Source: an uncultured Ruminococcus sp. (GTDB lineage: Bacteria; Bacillota; Clostridia; Oscillospirales; Acutalibacteraceae). From it: a DNA stretch of 39,393 nt. The number at the start of each line of letters is the position of its first letter. The first letter of the stretch is position 1. Below, piece after piece: positions 16,249 to 23,542 of the stretch. The notes under the pieces are model-generated. The model was not told the DNA's origin and ran no database searches. It saw only the letters and a list, made by a program, of their open reading frames with translations. Both the position numbers and the translations under genes were made by a program. The stretch covers positions 1 to 39,393 of the forward strand of contig CALBHM010000307.1 in assembly GCA_937892835.1 (NCBI GenBank), read 5' to 3'.

Positions 16249-17532
16249 ATGAAAAATATTCCGAAATCAATTACAGCTCATATTGATGAGGTTGCGGAGA
16301 AATTAAAAAAATATCCGAAGCTTGAAAAGCTTTATCGCAACTGCTATCCGAACACACTTGAAACAACGGCGGAGATTCTTCCCGACGGTTCAACGTTTCT
16401 TTACACGGGCGATATCCCGGCGATGTGGCTCAGAGATTCCACTGCACAGGTTACGCATTATCTTCCGTTGACAAAGGATGATCCCGAAATTCGCTCGATT
16501 ATTCGAGGACTTATTGTTCGTCAGCTGGCCTACATAAGAATCGACCCTTATGCCAACGCGTTTAATATCGAGAAGAACGGTCACGGCCATACCGACGACC
16601 TGCCGCTCAACGACCCATGGGTTTGGGAACGTAAATATGAAATCGATTCACTTTGCTATCCGTTTAGACTCGCATATCTTTATTATAAAGAATCGGGAGA
16701 CAAAACAATAATTGATGAGGATTTCATCAAGACGGCAAAAACAGTCGTTGACCTTTGGATAACGGAGCAGCACCATTTTGAAAAGTCACCGTATTCTTTT
16801 CAGCGCTTTGGCTGCCGCTGGATTGATACTCTTCACAACGGCGGTATGGGCTATCCCGTCAATTTTACAGGCATGACATGGAGCGGATTCCGCCCGAGCG
16901 ACGACAGCTGCACCTTCGGATATCTTATTGCTTCCAATATGTTTGCCGTTGTTGTGCTCAGGTATATTGATGAGATTTTTACGGACATGGGAATTGACGA
17001 TGCGGAGTTTCTTGCGAAAGTCAGAAATCTTCGTGATGAAATCGAGTACGGAATCAATACATACGGCACTGTTCTTCATCCGAAATACGGCAGAATTTTT
17101 GCCTGCGAAACCGACGGATTCGGCAATCATGTTCTCGCCGATGATGCAAATGTACCTAGCCTGCTCAGCGCACCGTACCTCGGTTATTGCGATGTGAATG
17201 ATCCTGTTTATGTCAACACAAGACGATTCATTCTCAGCGGGGATAATCCGTTCTATTACACAGGTAAAGCGGCTTCCGGAGTCGGCAGTCCGCACACGCC
17301 GCACGGCTTTATATGGCACATTGCTCTTTCGATGCAGGGTCTGACATCAACCGATTCGGAGGAGATTAAAAAGCTTATCGAAACGCTTGTTGCAACCGAC
17401 GCAGACACCGGCTATATGCATGAGGGCTTCAATGCCGATGATGCGACGGATTTCACACGTCCGTGGTTTGCGTGGTCAAATTCAATCTTTGCCGAGTTTA
17501 TTGAATCGGCCCTTGACAAAGGCATTATATAA
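16249..17532 (+). CDS. GH125 exo-alpha-1,6-mannosidase (DUF1237 family)
   Basis: Hallmark YTGDIPAMWLRDSTAQ motif, about 430 aa. RBS AAGGAG lies 11 nt after the upstream stop codon. Confidence 0.85.
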   Translation: MKNIPKSITAHIDEVAEKLKKYPKLEKLYRNCYPNTLETTAEILPDGSTFLYTGDIPAMWLRDSTAQVTHYLPLTKDDPEIRSIIRGLIVRQLAYIRIDPYANAFNIEKNGHGHTDDLPLNDPWVWERKYEIDSLCYPFRLAYLYYKESGDKTIIDEDFIKTAKTVVDLWITEQHHFEKSPYSFQRFGCRWIDTLHNGGMGYPVNFTGMTWSGFRPSDDSCTFGYLIASNMFAVVVLRYIDEIFTDMGIDDAEFLAKVRNLRDEIEYGINTYGTVLHPKYGRIFACETDGFGNHVLADDANVPSLLSAPYLGYCDVNDPVYVNTRRFILSGDNPFYYTGKAASGVGSPHTPHGFIWHIALSMQGLTSTDSEEIKKLIETLVATDADTGYMHEGFNADDATDFTRPWFAWSNSIFAEFIESALDKGII

Positions 17533-17537
17533 TGAAT

Positions 17538-17574
17538 TCTCCGCTTAACAAAAATTAAGCGGAGAAATTTTGTT
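17538..17574 (+). terminator. Rho-independent terminator
   Basis: TCTCCGCTTAA-caaaaa-TTAAGCGGAGA followed by AATTTTGTT. Confidence 0.7.
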
Positions 17575-17613
17575 AAAGAGAGCAAAACAAACCTGATTTT
17601 TTGAAATTTCCTA

Positions 17614-17642
17614 TTGTAATTTCACCGAAATGTATGTATAAT
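17614..17642 (+). promoter_or_regulatory. Candidate sigma-A promoter for the NUDIX gene
   Basis: TTGTAA, 17 nt, TATAAT (17637-17642). Confidence 0.4.
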
Positions 17643-17738
17643 GGTACGGTAAATTCAATGCGGACGAAAAAACAATGTATTTTGTTGCGTCTGCGGTAAA
17701 TCCGTGCGCATTCGGCACACGGTGGAGGAGTTAGGAAC

Positions 17739-18479
17739 ATGCTGGGTAAATATGTTCGTATTAAGGTGACTCATCCGATCCACTCTTACAGCAATGAACA
17801 GGGCTTCACTTATGAGCTGAATTATGGCGAGGTCGAGGGAGCCAAGCAGTTCAACGCTTCTGTTAAAGGTGCATTTATTATGGGTATCAATCACCCCGTG
17901 CGCAGTTTTGACGGAAGAGTTGTTGGTATCGTCAGATATGACGGCAGTAATGAAACAGATTGGGTTGTAGCGCCGAAAAGTACAAGATTCATCAACATTG
18001 ACATTGCAAACGGCATTGATTTTGCCGTAAAAAACAAGAGGCACACGCTTGATTGTCTTTATGAACGCTCCTGCGGAGCTGTTGTTTACAGAAATATCGG
18101 CGGAATGATTCGTTTCTTGCTTATCAAGAACAGGCGAAGTGCTCACTGGGGATTCCCAAAAGGACACGTCGAGCAGGGTGAAAACGATCAGCAGACGGCA
18201 TATCGTGAGGTTTTGGAGGAGACGGGAATCAGAATAAACATTCATCCCGATTTTATAACCAAAAGTCAGTATACAATTCAGGGCAAGGTTGAGAAAAACG
18301 TTAACATTTTTCTTGCTTCGACTCAGGATACGCAAACGATTATTCAAAAGGAAGAAATTGAAGATTATATTTGGCTCGGATATGAAAAGGCTCTTAATAA
18401 GCTCCGATTTGAGAATGACAGAAACATTCTTTCCAAGGCTTATAAATATCTTCTGAATAAAAAAATAATAACGGAGTAA
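17739..18479 (+). CDS. NUDIX hydrolase fused to an N-terminal roughly 100-aa domain
   Basis: Nudix box GFPKGHVEQGENDQQTAYREVLEETGI in the C-terminal half. The N-terminal half (KYVRIKVTHPIHS...YELNYGEV) resembles small pyrophosphatase-like domains. Confidence 0.85.
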   Translation: MLGKYVRIKVTHPIHSYSNEQGFTYELNYGEVEGAKQFNASVKGAFIMGINHPVRSFDGRVVGIVRYDGSNETDWVVAPKSTRFINIDIANGIDFAVKNKRHTLDCLYERSCGAVVYRNIGGMIRFLLIKNRRSAHWGFPKGHVEQGENDQQTAYREVLEETGIRINIHPDFITKSQYTIQGKVEKNVNIFLASTQDTQTIIQKEEIEDYIWLGYEKALNKLRFENDRNILSKAYKYLLNKKIITE

Positions 18480-18484
18480 AAAAG

Positions 18485-18985
18485 ATGACAGACCAATTAA
18501 TTCAGTCTATTGTAACCTTTTTCCAGGATAAGATACCAAATGAACTTACGGTTTTTATTATTTCGGTGCTTCCGGTCCTTGAACTGAGAGGCGGTCTTAT
18601 TGCCGCAAAGCTTTTGGATATGAATATTATCCGAGCATTTATTGTTTGCTATTTAGGCAACATGCTTCCTATCCCGTTTATACTTCTTTTCCTCAGGAAA
18701 ATATTTGATTTGATGAGAAAATCAAAGAAGCTCGGCAAAATCGTCGGTAAACTGGAGCATAAAGCAGAAAAGCACCGCAAGACGATTGACAAATACGGTG
18801 CATGGGGTCTGTTAGTGCTTGTTGCAATTCCGTTGCCCGGAACGGGCGGCTGGACAGGCGCACTTGTTGCCGAAATTATGGATATCAAGTTTAAAAAGGC
18901 TTTGCCGATAATCGCTCTCGGTGTGCTTATAGCAGGATTTATAGTCGGAGCTTTGTTCTACGGCTTACTCGGAAACGTAATTTAA
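18485..18985 (+). CDS. Small multidrug export-family (COG2426/PF06695-like) membrane protein
   Basis: 166 aa with 4 TM segments. LPVLELRGGLIAA and IPLPGTGGWTGAL motifs. Confidence 0.7.
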   Translation: MTDQLIQSIVTFFQDKIPNELTVFIISVLPVLELRGGLIAAKLLDMNIIRAFIVCYLGNMLPIPFILLFLRKIFDLMRKSKKLGKIVGKLEHKAEKHRKTIDKYGAWGLLVLVAIPLPGTGGWTGALVAEIMDIKFKKALPIIALGVLIAGFIVGALFYGLLGNVI

Positions 18986-18995
18986 TACAGCGATG

Positions 18996-19025
18996 CGGAC
19001 AGGAATTTGACCTGTCCGTTTTTGT
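18996..19025 (+). terminator. Rho-independent terminator
   Basis: CGGACAGG-aatttga-CCTGTCCG followed by TTTTTG. Confidence 0.7.
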
Positions 19026-19073
19026 CTCTAATAAAATATTTTTGAATTTTTCATGAAAAATATCATTTTTCAC

Positions 19074-19102
19074 TTTACATAACCGACGTTTTAAAGTAAA
19101 AT
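19074..19102 (+). promoter_or_regulatory. Candidate promoter of the pyrH-frr cluster
   Basis: TTTACA, 17 nt, TAAAAT. Confidence 0.35.
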
Positions 19103-19150
19103 ATATATGATATATCTGATATTACAATCAGGGTAGTGGGGGTATTCAGA

Positions 19151-19849
19151 ATGTATAAAAGAATTTTGCTTAAGCTCAGCGGCGAGGTTCTTGCCGGCGA
19201 GCAGGGTCACGGCATTGATTTCGATATGGTGACCAACGTTTGTACATACGTTAAAAAGGTTGCCGATATGGGCGTTCAGATCGGCCTTGTAGTCGGCGGA
19301 GGAAACTTCTGGCGCGGAAGAAGCAGCGGCACAATGAACCGTACCAGAGCCGATAACATGGGCATGCTTGCAACGGTTATGAATTCGCTTGCTCTTTGCG
19401 AGGCTCTCGAACAGCTCGGCGTTAAGGCAAGAGTTATGTCGGCGGTAGGTATGCAGCCGATTGCCGAGCAGTATATTGCACGTGATGCGGTCGCTCATCT
19501 CAACGACGGTGAGGTTGTTATTTTTGGTTGCGGCACAGGATGTCCGTTCTTCTCGACCGATACAACGGCGGCTCTCAGAGCGGCTGAGATTGAGGCGGAT
19601 GTCATCTTTAAAGCAACAAATGTTGACGGCGTCTTTGATAAGGACCCGAACAAGTACAGTGATGCTGTCAAGTACGATACGCTCACTCATTCCGAAGTTC
19701 TCGCAAAAGGACTTAAGGTAATGGACAGCACTGCGGCCTCGCTTTGCAGGGATAATTCAATCGCAATTCTCGTTTTCAATCTTGAAGACCCCGAGAATAT
19801 AATAAGAGCCGTTAAGGGCGAAAATATAGGCACACTCGTTAAAGAATAA
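19151..19849 (+). CDS. pyrH: UMP kinase
   Basis: [16 protein letters not shown]..., GGGNFWRG and [20 protein letters not shown] 19151 lies about 8 nt after GTGGGGG. Confidence 0.95.
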   Translation: MYKRILLKLSGEVLAGEQGHGIDFDMVTNVCTYVKKVADMGVQIGLVVGGGNFWRGRSSGTMNRTRADNMGMLATVMNSLALCEALEQLGVKARVMSAVGMQPIAEQYIARDAVAHLNDGEVVIFGCGTGCPFFSTDTTAALRAAEIEADVIFKATNVDGVFDKDPNKYSDAVKYDTLTHSEVLAKGLKVMDSTAASLCRDNSIAILVFNLEDPENIIRAVKGENIGTLVKE

Positions 19850-19875
19850 AATATAAACAAGTTAGGAGAATTTTC

Positions 19876-20430
19876 ATGAAAGAAGTTTACAGCAATACCA
19901 GAGAAAAAATGACAAAGACGGTTTCCGTTCTCGGCAAGGACTACGCTGCAATCAGAGCAGGCCGTGCAAACCCGGGCGTACTTGACAAAGTTCTTGTTGA
20001 TTACTACGGAGTTCCGACACCAATCAATCAGATGGCTGCAATTTCTGTTTCCGAAGCTCGTATCCTTGTTATTCAGCCGTGGGATAAGTCTACTCTCACT
20101 CCGATTTACAAGGCAATTCAGGCTTCCGATATCGGTATCAATCCGCAGAATGACGGTTCCGTTATCCGTTTGACATTCCCCCAGCTTACCGAGGACAGAC
20201 GTAAGGAACTTGTTAAGGACATCAAGAAGATGGCTGAGGATTCAAAGGTTGCAATTCGTTCAATTCGCCGTGACGCTATCGACAAAATCAAAAAAATGCA
20301 GAAGGCTTCCGAGATTACGGAGGATGACCTCAAAAACGGCGAGGAAGAGCTCCAGAAAATCACTGATGAATTCATCAAGGAAATTGATGCAGCCGCTTCA
20401 ACAAAAGAAAAGGAAGTTATGTCAATATAA
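19876..20430 (+). CDS. frr: Ribosome recycling factor
   Basis: Full-length Frr pattern: ...IRAGRANPGVLD.V.VDYYG..TPINQ.A.ISV.EAR...I.PWD... Confidence 0.95.
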   Translation: MKEVYSNTREKMTKTVSVLGKDYAAIRAGRANPGVLDKVLVDYYGVPTPINQMAAISVSEARILVIQPWDKSTLTPIYKAIQASDIGINPQNDGSVIRLTFPQLTEDRRKELVKDIKKMAEDSKVAIRSIRRDAIDKIKKMQKASEITEDDLKNGEEELQKITDEFIKEIDAAASTKEKEVMSI

Positions 20431-20452
20431 TTGCGTACGCTTTGATTACTTC

Positions 20453-20479
20453 ACAGGCAGGCTTTCACGGTCTGCCTGT
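20453..20479 (+). other. Hairpin between frr and the GT2 gene (weak terminator or processing site)
   Basis: ACAGGCAG-11 nt-CTGCCTGT. No clear U-tract follows. Confidence 0.3.
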
Positions 20480-20500
20480 TGTCAATAAAGGAGAATCCCG

Positions 20501-21454
20501 ATGAATCCTTTGCTTTCGATAATTGTTCCGGTGTATAATCAGGAAAAGTATCTTGCGAGATGCTTGGACAGTATATTGAACCAAACATATAAAAATCTTG
20601 AAGTAGTATGTATCGACGACAAAAGCACCGATTCCACGGCTGATATTATCAATCGATATAAAATAAAGGATTCAAGAGTTATTTATTACAGAAATATCAG
20701 CAAGGGTGTTTCCTCAGCGAGAAATTTCGGCATTGAAAAATCCAAAGGTGATTATATAGGCTTTGTGGATTCGGACGATTTTGTTCAGCCGCAGATGTAT
20801 GAGTTTATGCTGAAGGCGGTCACAGATAATAATTGTGAAATGGCTGCTTGCGGCTACGAGCGTGTTGATGAAGCTAATTACCGGAGCTTTGAATATCAGG
20901 CTCGTGAGTGCAAGACCTCCGAGTTTGTCGACATGTATAATTTTGAGAAAATTATAAAGAACGAAATGATTCTTTCAAGTGCATGTACAAAACTGGTTCA
21001 AAAAGAATTTTTGAAAAAATACGGACGATTCGGCAATTATACAGTGGGTGAGGACACGGTTTTCTGTGCAGGACTTTGGGCGAATTCCTCTAAGGCTGTT
21101 TTAGTTGATTTGCCGCTGTACGGATATTTTAATAATCAGCACAGTGTCCTCCATAAAAAAGTTGACACTAATAAAATCGACCTAATGCGTGCCAGGTTGG
21201 CCGCATATAAAATCTACAGAAATTATGATGAAAAAACAGCGGCGTGCTTTCTTTTCCGGAATGTCGCTCGAATGGAAAGATGCGTCAGAGAGAAAGAGCT
21301 GACGGAGAAAAGCAGCTATATTCAAATGAATAAAATTTTTATGAAATGTGTGCCGCATTTTTTGCATCTTAAAGAACTTAACCTTAAAGAAAAACTGTTT
21401 TATATTTCAAAATTCATCTCAAATTATTTCAAATATAAATTTAAAAATATTTAA
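20501..21454 (+). CDS. Family 2 glycosyltransferase
   Basis: LSIIVPVYNQEKYLARCLDSILNQTYKNLEVVCIDDKSTD and FVDSDD (DxD) motifs. Confidence 0.85.
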   Translation: MNPLLSIIVPVYNQEKYLARCLDSILNQTYKNLEVVCIDDKSTDSTADIINRYKIKDSRVIYYRNISKGVSSARNFGIEKSKGDYIGFVDSDDFVQPQMYEFMLKAVTDNNCEMAACGYERVDEANYRSFEYQARECKTSEFVDMYNFEKIIKNEMILSSACTKLVQKEFLKKYGRFGNYTVGEDTVFCAGLWANSSKAVLVDLPLYGYFNNQHSVLHKKVDTNKIDLMRARLAAYKIYRNYDEKTAACFLFRNVARMERCVREKELTEKSSYIQMNKIFMKCVPHFLHLKELNLKEKLFYISKFISNYFKYKFKNI

Positions 21455-21474
21455 TCAAAGGACTTGATTGCTCT

Positions 21475-22191
21475 ATGGAAGAAAGAAGAGTTCCTGCCCA
21501 CATCGGCATAATTATGGACGGTAACGGCCGTTGGGCAAAACAGCGTGGATTATCACGTTCTGAGGGACACAAGGCAGGCGCAAAGGTGTTCAAACAAATT
21601 TGCGACTATGCCGGAGAAATCGGAATAAAAGTTATTACATTTTATGCATTCTCAACCGAGAATTGGAAGCGTCCTCCCGAGGAAGTTTCATCTCTCATGG
21701 ATCTTTTCCGTGAATATATGCATGAAGCCGAGGATAGGAAAGCCGAAAATCTCCAAAAGGGCATGAGAATGCACTTTATCGGACATCGTGAGGGCATTCC
21801 TGAAGACCTTCTCAATCTTTTCGATACTTCTGAGGAGGAGTCTAAAGACGCCGACAAATATGATGTCAATATTGCCATCAATTACGGCGGCAGACTTGAA
21901 ATTGTCGACGCTGTTAAGCAGCTTGGTGAAAAAATTAAATCCGGTGAGCTTGATCCGGCCGACATAACGGAATCCGACATATCGGCTCATCTCTACACAG
22001 CCGGCCAGAGCGATCCCGATTTGATTATTCGTCCCAGTGGCGAATATCGTCTCTCAAACTTTCTCACCTGGCAGTCGGCATATTCCGAGCTTTGGTTCTC
22101 CGACATTCTTTGGCCGGACTTCACTCCTGCCGATCTCGACAAGGCGATAGACGACTATAATAAGCGCAACCGTCGTTTTGGCGGCGTTTGA
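21475..22191 (+). CDS. uppS: Undecaprenyl-diphosphate synthase (isoprenyl transferase)
   Basis: HIGIIMDGNGRWAKQRG, FSTENWKRP and RLSNFLTWQSAYSELWF. Confidence 0.95.
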   Translation: MEERRVPAHIGIIMDGNGRWAKQRGLSRSEGHKAGAKVFKQICDYAGEIGIKVITFYAFSTENWKRPPEEVSSLMDLFREYMHEAEDRKAENLQKGMRMHFIGHREGIPEDLLNLFDTSEEESKDADKYDVNIAINYGGRLEIVDAVKQLGEKIKSGELDPADITESDISAHLYTAGQSDPDLIIRPSGEYRLSNFLTWQSAYSELWFSDILWPDFTPADLDKAIDDYNKRNRRFGGV

Positions 22192-22205
22192 GATTGGTTA
22201 ATTTT

Positions 22206-22485
22206 CTCCACAACCGATTTTTCGCTCAGGGCAGTGCAATAGCACAGCACCCGACCTGCAAAATCACCTGTGAAAAAATTTTCCTCAATCTCAAAAGTTT
22301 GTTGAAAATTTCATTTGTTCGTGGCAGTACCTCTGTACAGCTCACGAGTTGCAAAAAGCACTGTGAACGATTTCCTGACAAACTTATTCAGAGGTTAGCT
22401 CCACAACCGATTTTTCGCTCGGGGCAGTGCAGCAGCACAGCACCCGACCTGCAAAATCGCCTGTGAAAAAATTTTCCTCAATCTC
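22206..22485 (+). repeat. Three tandem non-coding repeat units (period 93-100 nt); the outer two are 87 nt and 83/87 identical, the middle one is diverged
   Basis: Units at 22206-22292 and 22399-22485. The middle copy (about 22303-22398) keeps the blocks GGCAGT, ACAGC, TGCAAAA, CAC(C)TGTGAA and TTTCCT. Each unit has a GCAGTRC-N4-GYACAGC hairpin. Confidence 0.85.
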
Positions 22486-22665
22486 CAAAAAATAATTACA
22501 AATGATGCTTATTGGAAACCTGTTAAGGTTAGATATTTGTAGAGATTTGCGTCCCGATTCAGCCTCCCAGTGAATGATTCAAGGGGAGGTGTCTCAAAGA
22601 GACGGAGGGGATAAAGAAAGCAAATCACTTGTAATAAGTTTATACAAACCGAAAGGATAAACCAC

Positions 22666-23520
22666 ATGAAAACCAGAATCATTTCGGGAGTTTCATATTC
22701 CCTTATCATTATCGCCGTAATGTTTTTCATGAATACGGCGGCGTTGCCGATACTCATGGCGTTCATCTGCGGTGTTGCCGTTTATGAGCTTAATCATGTT
22801 GCGAAGGTCAAGCTTCCGCTTGCTATTCCGTCAATTATCGTCGGCGCATATATTCCGCTTGAAATTCGATATAATTTTCTTGAAAAAATTCATGTTACAC
22901 CGTTTGCGGCTCTTGCGGTATATATTATCGCAATGCTTATCATGATGGTAAAGTGGCACGGCGAGGTTAAGTTTGAGCAGGTTGCAATTTCTGTTCTTTG
23001 CTCAATCGCCGTTCCCGAATCGCTTGGCTGTTGGATCAGAATCAATGACCTTCAGCTTGCTGATGAAAGATATACACAGGCGAACGTTGTTTATCTCATA
23101 TTGTTTACGATTTTCTGCGCATGGCTTACCGATATGTTCGCTTATTTCACGGGAGTATTCTTCGGCAAGCATAAAATGACCCCCGTTGTCAGCCCGAAAA
23201 AGACTTGGGAGGGCGCAATCGGCGGAATTGTCCTTACGGCGGCACTGAATGTCGGATTGTACTTTGTTTTTGCAAAGAAATTCTTTCCCGACGGAAGCTT
23301 CTTCCTTTGGGATTGGTGGGCTGTTATTCCGATTTCGCTTGTACTTTCCGTCATCAGCATTTTCGGCGACCTTTCCGCTTCGGTTATTAAGAGAAACTAT
23401 GGCGTGAAGGACTACGGCAAGCTGATTCCCGGCCACGGCGGAATTATGGATAGGTTTGACAGCACGCTGTTTGTTTTTCCGATTATGTATGGAATACTCA
23501 GCATAATCGAGACATTCTAA
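22666..23520 (+). CDS. cdsA: Phosphatidate cytidylyltransferase
   Basis: SVIKRNYGVKDYGKLIPGHGGIMDRFDS signature in a polytopic membrane protein. Confidence 0.9.
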   Translation: MKTRIISGVSYSLIIIAVMFFMNTAALPILMAFICGVAVYELNHVAKVKLPLAIPSIIVGAYIPLEIRYNFLEKIHVTPFAALAVYIIAMLIMMVKWHGEVKFEQVAISVLCSIAVPESLGCWIRINDLQLADERYTQANVVYLILFTIFCAWLTDMFAYFTGVFFGKHKMTPVVSPKKTWEGAIGGIVLTAALNVGLYFVFAKKFFPDGSFFLWDWWAVIPISLVLSVISIFGDLSASVIKRNYGVKDYGKLIPGHGGIMDRFDSTLFVFPIMYGILSIIETF

Positions 23521-23542
23521 AAATAAAATTTAAGGTGATACT

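Noticed and set aside
17655-18347. 230-aa minus-strand ORF
   Set aside because: It is antisense to the NUDIX gene, which has an unambiguous Nudix box.
19047-19060. Perfect 14-bp palindrome TTTTTCATGAAAAA upstream of pyrH
   Set aside because: It is very AT-rich and short, sits in an AT-rich intergenic region, and is expected by chance. It does not match a regulator site I can name.
19091-19690. 199-aa minus-strand ORF
   Set aside because: It is antisense to pyrH.
22229-22245. Sigma-54-like GGCA-N8-GCA spacing inside each outer repeat unit (GGCAGTGCAATAGCA)
   Set aside because: It lacks the T residues of the TGGCAC/TTGCA consensus. The middle unit has GT instead of GC at the -12 position. 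The motif coincides with the hairpin arms, which explain the conservation better.
22188-22466. 92-aa plus-strand ORF spanning the uppS-cdsA repeats
   Set aside because: There is no RBS. The two near-identical repeat copies are offset by 193 nt, which is not a multiple of 3, so they are read in different frames. The predicted peptide is low-complexity and Cys/Gln-rich with no family resemblance. It is better explained as non-coding repeat DNA.
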